The position numbers were made by a program, and so were the translations under genes. This document shows, piece after piece, positions 32,858-46,812 of a stretch of DNA of 64,000 nucleotides. The DNA is taken from NCBI GenBank assembly GCA_032718475.1, contig JAUCBJ010000865.1, positions 29,337-93,336 on the forward strand, read 5' to 3'. How positions within the stretch are numbered: the stretch's first letter is position 1; every line of letters starts with the position of its first letter. This stretch comes from Nemertoderma westbladi. Lineage: Eukaryota; Animalia; Xenacoelomorpha. The notes under the pieces were generated by a model that was not told the origin of the DNA, did no database searches, and saw only the letters and a list, made by a program, of their open reading frames with translations.

Positions 32858-34783
32858 TATAGAATTATATTCCCTAAATGCCGTGGATTTTCAAAATTTT
32901 ATTTTATTCGAATTAACTTTGTAAAGATTGCTTTGAGTTCTCATTAGTATTGGTTCTATCTATTGTGTATCTATCGGTCAAGTGGTTCAGTAGCTCAGTT
33001 GGTAGAGCGTTGGAAATTATATGTGTAGTAGGTATCGAGTTCGAATCCTAGTAAGTGCGAATTATTTTTTGTGCAGAATTTCAACTCATTTAAATTAACC
33101 GCTACAAATTAATTGCATTTGTCTGTACCAATAAGGCTGTAGTTATTTGATTGTAACCAATGTCGTGCAAGTTATATATTAGCTGGACCAATAAGCTATC
33201 TTTAAAACCTTGTTAGAACCCATAGAACAATCGAGAATTTTCTCGATTGATTGCGGCACAAATTTGCTATATAAAGGTGCGATTTGTTCATTAGTTATCA
33301 AAACTTATTCACATCTTATATCTCAATCTTTCACAGATTATCTTATCAATATTCTGTCGTGCTTAGTTTATTCTCAGATTACATTGTATTATAATTGTGT
33401 CTTCTGTAATAAAGTCAGAATATTCTCTCAGCTTTTCTGTTTTACTATGAATTCACTACGGTGAACAAACTCAGGGACAGGATGGCCGGCTAAAGATCGG
33501 GCCGCAGCAATGAACGGGAACATCACGGGAATGTAGACGAGAGACAACCCGCAATACCATTTAGAGTTATTCGCCCATCGCCTGAAAGGTTAGACAGCGT
33601 TCGATCCTTGCTACCTAAGTATAAGACCAAAAGATCAAAAGGTAGACGTAGTGACACGCTGCAAGCCTAAAATTACATCATAGGGACTGTACTGTCTTGA
33701 TTCAGGAAAACCCACAGTAGACCTTCACATTCCTACGGGGGAGGGAGAGAGAGCAGATACTAGTACGCAGATAGGACGTAGGCACACCGGTACAAGGCAT
33801 ACACATTGGTTAGGGTGCAGCAAACTGTACGCTTAACTCTTGCTAAGTACAGGTGCGTGTGCGACTATTTGCAGTACGACAGTGTCCATTGCATCAGAAC
33901 TTGTAGGCTAAGGGGGTTGCTGTGTTTTCACCTGAATTGGGATTGTGCCGTTCAGGCGGTAGGGCAGTTTACGCTAGGCGCAAATAAATTGAGGCTATCA
34001 GGGATATACTAACATCTACCGTGTCCCCGCCAACGCCCTGATAGGAAGTTACCTGGACTACCTGGGTGACTAAAATTCTAGATAGGAGCCAGGATAGCTA
34101 TTAGTACCCGTACGCCTACAGTAGTAAACTAACACATCTCTTCTTAGTATCAGGGACCTGGTACCTAAAATTGCCGAATTCTGGGCGTAGTATTAACCTT
34201 ATGCCTGAATTTGAGTCCTGGAAATACGCAAGAGGGGAAGGAACCTTATCATTCGTAAGTATTGGACCTACAAGTTACAAAATTAGAATATTCGTAAAAT
34301 GCACACCGTATCCAGTAATTATATATGTGAAGGAGCAAAACTGTTTTGACCGTTCAGAATTAACACACGCGCGTTAGAAATTATTTACACCTCGAAATAT
34401 ATAAAATTAACTTTGTCCGTACTGTGCTTTGCCCGCTAGTTAGACATCTCCAAATCTGCTCTATACCTAGCTAGCGTCCCTTTGCCCAACCATATAAATC
34501 ACACCGCGGCAAAGTATACGAGCCCCTTAGTCCGTCAGTGAGTCAGCCTGATTTTAGGATTCGCTGCGCGGGATTTTGTTTCATCGAAGTTTGTCTGCTC
34601 GTAGACTGTTTTCTGCCTCACCGGTTATAAGAGATCGATACTGCAATATATTCGCTTACTTAGAGTTTACTGTTTTGGTGAGAAGGTCGGATTTATGATT
34701 TGATTTACAAATTTTACAGTAAGATATTGCAGGTATTGTTACCGTCTCTTCCAATAGTAGGAATAGGCGTATCTCTTCAATTA
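32858..34783 (+). repeat. E1 3' LTR (includes the tRNA-like cassette copy at about 32984-33070)
   Basis: Direct repeat of 14814-16739. Confidence 0.95.
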
Positions 34784-37002
34784 GTTAGGATGTTGTAAAT
34801 CATTTTAATTTTCAAAAACGTCATTGGGATGGCTTTAATTATGGTAAACTTGTGAAAGTTCATAAAAATTAAAACATCGTGCCATGATCGTTCATATTTT
34901 AGGTACTGACTGTATTGTTGATATAAATAAATGGACGTAAAACTGAATGAAAAGTGAACGATCATTATTGAATGTGTTGGTTCATATTTAATTACGTTCA
35001 ACTAGTGATTAAAATTATTACATTATTTTAAAATTTCAAATTGGCTAATTGGGGTATTTCACTGGTAATGTCGGCATGTTGTACCTACTGTAATCTAAAC
35101 ATTGTCTCATACTGTAGATTATTACATCATGGGTGAAAACTGAATAAGTAACCATATGTCAATGTTCAATATCTTTGGCGAATGTCTTCAGCTTCCTGGG
35201 ATGTTTGTACATATGTTATGGAGGAATAATGTACACATGGCCTCATCCATCCAGAAAGGGGGGGGGGGGGGGGGGGGGTGGAGTGGTTGCTGACGGCAAC
35301 CAAAATTCATATTTAGTCCTATCCATAATAATTTAACAATGAGACGAGATATTAATTCGCCGAGATGGGATTTGTGTAAGTACAACCCCCCCCCCCCCCC
35401 CCCCCACCCCCCCCCCCTCCCCCCCACGTCTCCACCCACCATTCCTTAGTCGCTAGAACACCGCTATTTACTTCTATATTTAGCGACTAAATTTGTGCTA
35501 AAATCCTGCTACTCTCAGCTAGTTTTAGCTCCTCTATACGCTAAAGTGGCGCTAAAACCCCGTGATTTATTAGGTCAATTTATTCATACTCTAAAGTGAC
35601 GCTAAATCAAGGATGTTTTCCAGATATTTAGTGGATATTTTCTCCAGAGAATTGCCGGATACTATTATCCAGCTATTAGCTGGAAATTAAAATGCTAAAA
35701 ACCAAGCTAGCGGGGTTTAGCGGGGTTTAGCTGGATATTATCCGGATATTAGCCGGATGTGTCTTTGCTGGGTGTCTGTTGAAACAATAAATCTCATCTT
35801 CGATGATAGATGATTTTGATTTATACCCATAGATAACGACGTATAATGCTTTTATTAATTCCTATTTTATTTCACTTCACATCCACTCTGGTCCTTTTAA
35901 TACGCATACATTTCATCTAAATTTAAATTTAATACGCATATATTTCATCTAAATTTAAATTTAATACGCATACATTTTATCTCATTCCATATGACATCCA
36001 GTCTCATAATTATTAGCAATGCTCCTTCCTTTAATGGAATATTTCTAATCTATTATATTTTTAAGACCAACATTAAAATACAGTAATAATTTTAATTCAG
36101 TGTATTTTAATGTACTTTATTTATTGACTTACATTTTAAAATACGTATGTTTTTTTTATGGGGGGAAACCCCATCATCATAATACTAAGGTTAATTTGTC
36201 AGCATATGTTATCTTTGTTTTAAGTTACAGTATGGTGTAAATTTATATTAATAAATAATAATAATAATATTATTACATTAGTTATTATTTATAAATATAA
36301 TGTAGAACTTCGATCTTGACGACTTTCAAACAAGTGTTGGAGCAGTTCCTACTGACAACTCCTCTTTTAACGAACGTAACAACTACAAAACAAATATATT
36401 GAATAATTTATTATTAATAGCTTATTTAAGGGAGTAAAGTGAATCTTTGGGCCAAAACGTACGACAAGCAAATCTTGTATTTCATTCATTGGACCGAAAC
36501 GTCCTAGGCCAAAACGTCTTAGACCGAAACGTCTGTTACCGAATACGGCCTACAGTAATACCTAATTTAATTGAATTTATATTATTCGGAAACATCACAG
36601 TCATACAGTCATAGCAGCGAATTGAAATAAAATAACACGACACATAGCAGCATAGGCAGATAGGCCTAACAAATAACAAATGACGAGTAAATACATAACG
36701 GCTTATGCTATGGCTTACTCCATCCTGCTGTCCTGCCATCTAACATTGTTGAGTAAGTCAGTAAGTGATTAGGGCCTAACATTGTTTCGTAATCCTTTAT
36801 TTATTATAGGCCTATTACATACATGACATACTGTTGTAAAATAGGAATTGGTATTCTTTACTTGACATTAAATCAGTTAAAACAAGCACTACGGATAGCA
36901 TTAAAATATAACATATTATGTAGTGTAAGGAAAAGGTAAAGGCAACAAACCAATGTACAGTATATACTGTACATTGGTTTGTTGCCTTTACCTTTTCCTT
37001 AC

Positions 37003-38165
37003 TGTTCGCGCTTTTAGACCTTTATAGCAGTTTAACCTGCCAATTTTAGGTGTCTTTTTGTATATCAATTATTTAATGTACTGAAGGTACATCAGCCGAA
37101 GCCAGCCTGTGCGCGACCATTCACCCACAGTTAAGGGAGACTGGATTCGGATGCTTTGATAGTGATTGCAGTGTAGACCTACTGTATTATTCGATTGATC
37201 GTTAATATATAATCTCTGACAATATATTTACTTTCGGGGAAATATTAACAGTTCCTTTAGGACGTGGCGCTTTAAGTATAAAACAGAGTTATGACTTATA
37301 CTAATCACAACTGGATGGCTACTGAGTTTCGTAAAAAGCGCATTCTTTAGGAGATGCTTTATTAACCTTCACACTACTTCACACGACTTCACACTACTTC
37401 ACACTACTGCGCACTGATCTGCCGACCGTCACTGAATTTGATCATATATAAGGAGGATCGCAACTGACACATGTAGGGATTATGAAATAGCATTCAATTC
37501 ACACAAAAACCACTATAATGTAAGTCGCAGTTGCTACCGGTAAACCTGTTCCTCTAACCTTTAGTAATCAAAGAGATTGAGGGTTTTATGATTATTCATC
37601 GGTATTCTCCAAATATATCAGCAATATATACCAACATAACACCAATTAATAACAGAATCAAATAATGCGGTGAACAGTCAGTATGTGTAGTTGAATCGCG
37701 TTGCGTAGTGCCGCGGTGTGGCGGTGTGCTGCATTAATAGTTTTACGTTCTTTTAATCAAAGCCATCTGATGTTTCTGATGTTTAGGTCAAAGTCTGAAA
37801 CTTCCACAGAAGTACAGAAGAATCCTAAGCCGGTGTTCTGGGCTTAGAAAAGATACACACTGACTGAATTGCGTGGGTTTCTGTAGGCACTGTCCAACAC
37901 AAAGTGAAAATCGCTCTGATTGGCTGAGCCGAACAAAGAACAAAGAGAGATTCAGGTTCCGCGTTGGCAGTAAATCAGCTGACAGATTGCGTCATCTGAG
38001 TCATCTTTTAGAGTATTAAGCGAATTGCGGAGAAAATGGCTTGTTATGTCCGCTAAAGCACGCATGCAGACATAGCGGGTAAAAATGGCTTGTTATGTCC
38101 GCTAAAAGCACCTACACAGTATATTGCGGAGAAAATGACTTGTTATATCCGCAAAAGCTTTTACA
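37003..38165 (-). repeat. E2 3' LTR
   Basis: Repeat of 48776-49926 with roughly 15-20 differences counted by eye. Confidence 0.93.
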
Positions 38166-38243
38166 CCGCTCCCAGAAAATGGGATTTAATTCTATAAAAT
38201 ATAAAAAATCACAGTTTCTAAAATATAAAAATACTCTAAACAG

Positions 38244-39797
38244 TTAGTCCTTCTTACGCGAACGGCGTTTACGCAGTTTTTTGAGGCTAGCAAGAGTCCT
38301 TTTCTCTTTGGGGCGAGCCACTTTACTAGGAGGGCTATAACTCCTGGGTGAAGGGTGCAATACAATTGCATCGGAAGGTTTAGGATGACGGTCGGTGTAT
38401 CCGCCGGTCGAGGTACTCGGTTGATCGGTATCAACCTCAGTGGAACGAGGTCGAACAACCTTCAGAGCGCGTTTCAAGACAGCAGCTCTTACTGGTCCCT
38501 GACGATTCGTCTGCACAAGAGCGGTAGGTGGACCGTGTGTAGTGAGAAATTTCCTCGGTTTGATGGTTCTTTCCGACTCGCGTTCTCGGGCTCTGTCGAA
38601 ATCGATATGCTTCTCCTCGAGCTGATTTTCCTCCGCTTGTCGTTGGAAGCATTCGTCTAAAACTCGTTTAGAGAGTAGGGTCGTCCAAGTTCGATATCTT
38701 CTTAGAGATTCTGGATTTCCCGATCGAACTGAGATAAAGCCAACTCGTTCACCGCTTGGACTTGCTGCTGCAACTCACGTTCCTCCAAACAATCGTAGGT
38801 TCCTTTTCCGATCTTTTGTCGAATAGTGTCTAACGCGTTGCGTACAACTCTCTCCTCCACCTCGGTGACAGGTTGTATCGGGGTTAAACCGGGACGATTA
38901 TACGGGTTGAACGGCGATATTAGGTGTCCGCGTCCCAATCCGGCTAGGTAGGATGGGCGAATATCTAGGGAGCCCACAACCGGAGTGCCACCGACTAATT
39001 GTTCGGGTAACACTAGATCTTTGAACAATGAGTACAGCTCAGGAGGATCCGTCATACTATTAGGATCAAGAGTCTGAGGTTTCACCAGGGAATGAGGAGG
39101 TCTGACCGAGTATTCCGGAACTCTGATCATGGGTTTATTTAAGGATCGTTTGAGTCGAGCGAGCGTAGGTGATACATCGAACAAGTTTCGCTCGAAACTC
39201 CCGTAAATATAGCGAGTAAAACTGTGTTTAGCGCAACGTCTCCGCGGATGTTTATGTCTTTCCGTGTGTTGGTTGGGTCTAGGGCATTCATCGTAATAAT
39301 ACCAAAGACGCACGTCTTGTAGGGGAAACGCTGGTGATCTTTCTCCAGTTTTACAATGTCTCTCTCAAGAATTCCAAATATACGTTGAAGTCACTGCGTT
39401 TATCCGGTTCTTTAACGTCTTCTCTTTCGAGTTGGTTTCGAATAGAATTTTCGTGTTCGATTCTCAGTTTATCGTTCCGACTCCGCTGGGTATGATATTT
39501 AAATAGGATCATTTCCCTTTCGGTGTCTACATCGTCCATATCGTGTAAATCGATAGGATGGCCAGTAGTTAAGAAGTCCATATACGTACCATTACGATGC
39601 GTATAGCGAGCGGTGAATTTTCTATAGTCCAATTCACGCGTGAGTTGTTCCTTTGACATTGGCGGTTCGATATAACGGCCATCGTCCTCCGTAGTGGGTG
39701 GACTAGCGTCGCCGCGTATTAAACTATCAACAAACGCTTGCAATGGTAGGGTATATCGCTCCCTGATACCAAGATCATCTTCTATCAACTCAGTCAT
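38244..39797 (-). pseudogene. E2 ORF3 remnant (frameshifted, shortened)
   Basis: LWYYYDEC...RCAKH..RY.YG resembles the E1 ORF3 N-terminal LYYQCGSC...RCSNH..RY.EG. Frameshift at a GA run near 39360; basic C-terminus shared with E4. Confidence 0.6.
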
Positions 39798-41612
39798 AGC
39801 TGCTATATGAGTTTATCGATATTATAATTAATTATAATTTAGGCTAGCGGTCGTTGCTGCCTCCCCCTCAATGCCCCCGGACAGCGCAAGCTCCTCAGCG
39901 CTGATGTACTGTCGCCGCTGTGTCTATCGCCAACATAGTAGCTACACAACGACAACAACAACCAGCGCGAGTCACTCCACTGTCCGTCCCAAGGGCTTAG
40001 ATTTACTTCAGGTTCTTACTGCAGAGGTAGGGCTACTTTCACAACTGCGACTCGCTACTGTAAACACACTTTAGTAGTAACATTCACCTATAAACGCACA
40101 AATTCCACACAACTGTCACAAATTGTACACATTCGGGCCATTTGTCCGTTAGTCAAGTGCCTTCCAGAATGCCACGTTATTATTATGTATCCCTGGATAC
40201 TAGCAGTGCGCTATTTATTCCGTATGCTATTCAATGGGGCAAGCTTTTTATTGTTCTTTTAACTCACTTCTAATTCTAGCGTGGTTGTTGCCATGGTGAC
40301 ATTATGGAAAGCTAGCAGTAGAATTAGGGTAATTCTCATGCATACAGATCTGGGATGCTATTTAATAGTAATTCTTTAATTGTCAATATTCCCCTTTATA
40401 CATGATTTTATGAATTTTATCGGCTATTGACTATATATTGGAGATTCTCTCACGCTAATATACTTAATAGGGTGAATCTCCGCTCCCATGATCTATTAAT
40501 TAATGGAATTTTGGGAATGTTATAAATTGTATAAAATGACAATTTATCAAATTCATGAGAGGATATGAATTTAAATTTATTCCCGTAAATTTTATTATTT
40601 AATATTAAAATAGACACAATTTTATTCCAGAACATGTCTGGGGACTGGGATCCTTGATTCTAGGAAATTTGTCCTTTTAAGAGTATCGGTAAGTGCTACG
40701 ATATCTTAATCGACTAGAATTTTTAAAGGATCTAAATTTTAACAGATTTTGATTTATAGATTTTCTTGGTTTACAAACTCCTTAGAGTTTATTTGTATGC
40801 ATTTACTCTATTATAACATTTGTTTTAATAGATTTTTATAAATATTAACTATGTAATATTTAAGATGGGCACCGATTTATTCCAGAACATGTCTGGGGAC
40901 GTTAACCATTGATTCTAGAATTTTGTCTTTCAAGTATATCGGTGGGTGCCGCGATATCTTAATCGACTAGAATTACAGATGGTCAAAGGGTTTAACAGAT
41001 TTATTTTGCGTTGTACGCTACTGTTAAAGGGACATCACGCTACTATATGTATTATTTAATATACGGTATGAGAGCAATATTGCAAGAAGCAATGTCAGTG
41101 AGAAGAGGCAAGTCGTTTCCAAGGTCTACCCAGAGCTTGGTTTAGCCGAGACACGATGATCTGAACTTTGCATTCCTAATACTCTACTTACCAATAATAC
41201 TTGAGTATAGTAGGAGCTTTATTGTACTTTAATAAGTACGGACATTTCATCTTACTGTAGTCACGTATTTATAATATGATACGGACAGTAAGGAAAGAGA
41301 AAAAGAATTATTTCTCGCCGTTGCACTAAATATATAATATAAGTAATTAAGTAATAAACACGAATATATATTGCACTAATCTACTAAATAAATGCTAAAA
41401 TAACATTCTACTAAATAAAATTAAAGAAAACGATTATAATAAAATTACATAATAATACATACATAAATATAAAATAATAAAAACAAATATAAAATAATAT
41501 AGTCACACACCCACTCCAGACGCTGTTACGTTGGGGAGTCCCTAGATGTTTGTTGGATTAGGGAGGTGGTCGTGGGAAGAGTATCTTGCCTTCCATAGTT
41601 TCCGGACAGTTC

Positions 41613-44490
41613 TCAGTCTCTTTCCAGTAAACATAAACGACCAACTGGGCGATTGAGCTGCTGTGTTTCGAATACAATTCCAGGTTTCCTCTTCGTCCTG
41701 GAATAGTGACGATAGAAACATCGCTTCAAATACACGACGGCCTTACAAAGCCGATTCCAGGAGCTATAGTGGTTTATCGCTCCCTGCAGGAGAGGTGAGA
41801 GTCCCTGCGAGACGTCTGGTGTTCCAGATTTCCAGTCTCTTTCTCTGATTTCCACAACAGAGTTATTTGTGGCGGGGGAGTTTAGACCCACAGCGTCGTC
41901 CCCTGAAATGTGTAGTACAGACAGATCAATCGCGGGTTTAAATAACTTTGATTTACTCGTCCGGGTTTTAGGTTTGACTTTCTCCGCTCCCTTGGCTTGT
42001 CTAATCTCAGCCATGGTGAGATGAGGAGGCCATTCATCCTCTTCTTTACTTAGGAAGTCGGGTCCACCTAACCAGTCTGGAGTATCTATCAGTTCTTGAG
42101 GAGTTGCTCCTCTGGAAGCGATGTCGGCTGGATTAATCGTCCCAAGGCAATGTCTCCATTGATCTACATTAGAGTTAATATCGTCATTATCTGAGGAGTA
42201 TGGTGTTCCCTCAGTTGTGGTTGTCTCTCCCTCACTGATGTCTTCTTCCCATTCACTCACCTGATGGACCTGATCTTTGGGTAGCCTTTCCATGAGTGTC
42301 CTACGGGAAGGTCCAGTGAAGTACCAACCTACTCTTGTTCTTCCCGCATAGGTTTGCAATGGTTGCGGTCGAGCAGGCCGTTTCTCTAATGTCTCAAGCG
42401 CCTCATGCGCATTTTGGCCGATGAGTATCTGTACCCCTGGGTAGTCGGTGTTGAATCTAGGTATCTCATGCTGCTGGGTGAAATCGTCTTCATCCCAGTT
42501 ATAAGGATCCACTTGACTGGTAGCGAAGTTCTTTATCGCCACCATTTTTACTGACCTTATACTGTGTTCTCCTAGTTCATCCTGGGGGGTGGACAACACG
42601 CCTACATAGTAGTCTGTAGCTACTGTAGATTTCCAAACCTGCATAATTCCTGAAAGGTTCAACTTAGTTCGGAACTTGGGTTGTCCAGCAAAGATGTCTT
42701 CGGCTAGTTCTTTGTCGATGAATGTTCCTGTGCTGCCGGAGTCAAGGAGGGCGTTCACTATATAGCTCTTTTTTAACCCGTGGACTCTCAACTGTACTAT
42801 GGGAAATTCCCAGATTCCTACGTTGGAAGTTGGCGCTTTCCAAGATGGTTGTCGGTCCGGAATAGTTAGGGGGAGCTCAATATCAGTTTCAGTCTCATAC
42901 GTAAGCGCTCGATACACCGCGGTGTTTGTCATATAACAGGATTCATTTTCATCGGAGAATTCGTCTGTGTAGAATCCTTCCATCTCATAGCTGTGGTCAG
43001 TGTCGTTCACATCACTGAATTGGACATGTAGTTCGGGCTCACTTACCTGACTCGTGCGGGTTCGTTCAAATTCTGTGTGCAGCAAGATATGATGTTTCGC
43101 GCCGCACTTAGCACACCTAGCATCTGAGTAACAGGTCCGCCGTTGGTGTCCTCGTCTGAGACAATTATAACACAACCACTTATCCCACATGACATCATGT
43201 CTATCCTTTAGGGATTTCTTTAAGAATTCATCACACCCACTCAAGCGATGGGGCCCATCACACAATACACATTTGGACTTGATGTTACTTACTTTAACCT
43301 GTGCTGTGTGGTGCACACTTGTTCTTTCCTCGGGCTTTCTTCCATGAATTCTCTTAGGAGACGTGGGAGGAGTTGTTACCTGTTCTCTTCTGTCACTGGT
43401 TCGAGACTTAAATTTACTTACGTCTTTCCGAGTTTTGTTGACATAATAAGATCTTTCGGTGTCTTTCCCGCTGTTCTCCTCATGGGAGGTTTGGCTCTTT
43501 CCGCCGTCTGTATAACACACTGGTGTTACCTTTCTCCTAGAAACGGATTTTTCACTTACCTCACTTTCAGGAGTCTTCTCTCTAGACTGTTTTAGGAGTT
43601 GTAATCTTACCTCTCGGTTTAAGAATGACAGAAGGTCCGTCATGGTTGGATCTCTATGTTGTTGGTCCATCAAATAGAGAACCTTTTTGTCCCAGCGAGT
43701 ACCCACTTCACTCTTTGGCAAAGCTGGTGCTAAGGCTCCTACAACCATAGAATTCTGGTATTCATGAGACTTACCCAACCAGTCTAATTGTCTACAGATC
43801 TCCTGAATCTCATCGGAAAACTCTATAATCCCGCTGCTAAGAAACTTTCGGGGCGATACTAATTTCGCATACAAATACCTAGCTATGTTTGTCCTATTAC
43901 CATACCTGATCTTTAGTGTATCCCAAACTTGTCTTAATCCATCTGGATGTCCAATAAACTTTAACGCCATTAACTTTGGAGGTCCTTCCAAACACTCGAT
44001 GAGGAATCTAAGTTTCTCTCCGTTAGATAGTACAGAGTTCTGTATGTTATCTTTGTAGTATTCATTAAAAGGTAACCATTTCATCTCATCTCCATTGAAC
44101 TTGACGATCTCTCCCACTTTTACCGCTTGACGGGCTCCAGTTCTAGCCATTTGACGCGTAAAACTTTCTTGGGCCATCGTGTTATTTAATATCGAATTAT
44201 CGGTATATAAATTTCTCGGATTATGATCAGGTCTATATGGAATATCATTGTCAACAGGTTTATAATTACCCTTAATAGGGTTTACTATAGGAGTTTCTAC
44301 TTCGCTAGCAGTATAGATGCGTGTAGGCTCCACACCTTGCGCATGAAATACTTCAGACCTAACAGGTTGACACATTGTTACAGGGGGTGGTGGTATACTC
44401 CTTTGTATATTTACTAATTTATTGCGTTCTAACGCGATACTCTGCTGCACTTCTTGCAACTCTAACCTACTTTCCCTTACTGTTCCCTTG
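41613..44490 (-). CDS. E2 Gag C-terminal half, protease and Pol remnants
   Basis: KFNGD..W motif, knuckles CYNCLRRGH..C and CAKCGAKHHILLH, ALLDSGS, WRHC...NPADIASRG and terminal RPVGRLCLLE. Confidence 0.85.
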
Positions 44491-44746
44491 CAGGACATTG
44501 CTTTCGCCGTGAGGACCAGCCAGTGCATAATCTTGTACTTTGACAGCCTCATGGAGTGAATAAGCATGGTGGACAGCCCATGACTTTCTTGAGACGCATC
44601 TTAAAGGACACTGGCCTTAAAGATGCGGATGATCTAGCAAATGTCATGGGTGATAGAGAGTTGTGGCGGTGCAATTTTGTTGACAAGCCGGCACAGCATT
44701 CTTAAAAATGCAGCTGCAATGCAGCATGCCGATCCTAGTAGTAGTA
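44491..44746 (+). mobile_element. 5'-truncated RTE-like LINE inserted in E2 gag
   Basis: 9-bp TSD GTTCCCTTG and a (TAG)n tail. Translates GHCFRR...LVL*QPHG...GQP.T...DTG...MGDRELWR, typical of RTE C-termini. Confidence 0.85.
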
Positions 44747-46812
44747 GTTCCCTTGAACTGTTGAACAGTCTCCTGCATCCGCCCGAGCAGGAGATCCATC
44801 CCCCGCCGTCCCTCATCCACCCACTCGACCGCCGAAGCGGGAGCCGCCAACATAGTAGCGGGTAGACGAGGGACAACGGGCGATAAATCGTTGATGTCTT
44901 GCTCGGCGTCCATGACAGGGGCGGATTCAGGGCCTATTCTACTGGGCACAGGTAGTTTAGTACTGTGCAAAGGGAATTTAGAGTTAGGTTCTGGAAGTAC
45001 AGGGGTCTCTATCCCAGAGGGAGTGGCTTCGAGAACAGGCCTAATTATTTCAGGCTCATCTACTATAGTAGGGAGTCTTTCTTCCCTAATAATTTGGTCT
45101 GTAGGCGCAGGATTACTCAAATCTACACTAGCTAGTTGCCTTCTCACGGTTGGAGGCAAATCAGGCAATTTCTGCTGGTGCAGCGCCCTTCTACGTCCGC
45201 TGGAACGAGATTTATTTCCTCTACCTTCAGGATCTGTTGTATCGCCTTCATCAGAGGATGTAAATCCCTGTCTCTTGGGAGTAGATCGACTTATCATCTG
45301 CATATGACTAGCCGTTCTCTGTTTATTGAAGTAGTCTTGCTTCTCTAGAAGATTTTCCAACTCTAGTTGGGTTGTCTCCTCAGCTGCTTTCCGTTCTGCT
45401 GCTGCCACTGCCTCTGCCGCTTTTCTTTCCGCTTCTGCCGCTGCTACCTTTCTTTCCGCTTCTGCCTCTGCCAATGCCGCCTTTCTTTCAGCTTCTGCCT
45501 CTGCCGCTTTTCTTTCTGCCTCTGCCAATGCCGCCTTTCTTTCAGCTTCTGCCGCTGCCGCTGCCGCTTTTCTTTCAACTTCTGCAGCTGCCGCTGCTGC
45601 TGCCTTTCGGTCTTCTATACGTTTTTTCTTTACCTGTTCTTCTTGGACCCTAGCGATGCGGATGCTTTCATCAAATTTAGCTTGGTTCGCAGCTAACATT
45701 TCCGCATCTAATGAGTCCAACACAAATTTGGCTCCTTCACTATTGGGGCGAAGTCCAGCTAGCCGTCTCCTTAGCTCTTTGTCACCTATAAATCGTTGAT
45801 AGTCTGACAGATAGATGTCAATAGCATCCTTCTTCGGAGGTTTCTCTGATGTGACGTCGCTTTCCACCTGAGAAAAGGTAGCGTCTGTTGATTCTCCGTG
45901 GGTCATGCGCTCGGTTAGCTGAGCTTTCCATTGTGTCGTTTCTTGGACTTTAAGACTCACCCGTTGGAACCAAGTCTTTACGGCAACCTGCAACGACGTG
46001 TCTTGGCTTCTCTTCGAGGCTTCCTCAAAGGCTGAAAGTATTAGTCGGATTCTTAGGATTCGTTCTCGAACTTGATATAGCAGCTCTCCCTGCTCTTGAG
46101 GTCCTTGGGGTTGTTGAAACAGTTGTTCCTCTAATCGCTCCAAAGAGCTGAAGAATCCCTGTACATATCCGGCTGCCGACCTCTTCCACACAGCTGGATC
46201 TCTAGTGCCCTTTACCACTCCCATCCTGTATAAGTCCTCCCAGGCAGCTTCCGATAAGTTAAACGGGAGTCCGGGTCCGGGGAAGTTCCATTGCGTCTCG
46301 ACAATAGACTTCAGTTCCTCCTTCGTGTATCCCGCATAACTATCCTTGGTCGATCGCTTACTTCTCGCCCAATCAATTTGATGTTCTTCTAACGCAATCA
46401 ATACCCTAGTGAGTACGGCTTTAGGAAGAATGAGAAGTGGATCCGAATAAACTGCTTCTGCCATCTTGGCTCCGCGTTCGGATGTCAACTCTACAGTATC
46501 TGAACTACTGGAGCTATCGGGCCGCTGAGAAATAAGTTCTCGGTTCGGGTGTTGCTGCTGTTTAACAGCTGCCTCTTGGTCCCGCTTGAATTGAGCCCGA
46601 GTGCCTATGACAGACCTACGGCGCTTCACTAACTTCGCAAATTGCGAAATTGCTTCTACTAACCTAGGTTCTGACACAACTACTGTAGGGGTTGCCTTTC
46701 TTACAGTAGGAGGGGTCTCAGACCTCGGTCTGGGATTCTCTATACTCCTATCTGAGAAACAGACTGTTTTTTCTAGGAGACTATCTGACAGAGTTTGCTT
46801 TGTGTCAGCCAT
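44747..46812 (-). CDS. gag: E2 Gag N-terminal half
   Basis: Colinear with the uninterrupted E3 Gag (QQFKGTVRESRLELQE) once the LINE is removed. Confidence 0.85.

Larger units (their letters stand above)
14814..34783 (+). mobile_element. BEL/Pao LTR retrotransposon E1, about 20 kb, near-intact
   Basis: Two 1926-bp LTRs, 5-bp TSD GTTAG (14809-14813 and 34784-34788), gag, pol in PR-RT-RH-IN order and a third ORF. Confidence 0.95.
13633..35772. mobile_element. Non-autonomous CMC/EnSpm-like element split by later insertions
   Basis: TIR CCCAGCAAA.ACA.ATCC.GC at both ends, 2-bp TG flanks and TAGCGG subterminal repeats. Confidence 0.55.
10226..36536. mobile_element. Outer TIR element (GACGTTTCGG arrays) enclosing the nested insertions
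   Basis: Tandem GGACGTTTCGGYCY units at 10226-10315 are inverted relative to CCGAAACGTC units at about 36490-36536. Confidence 0.5.
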
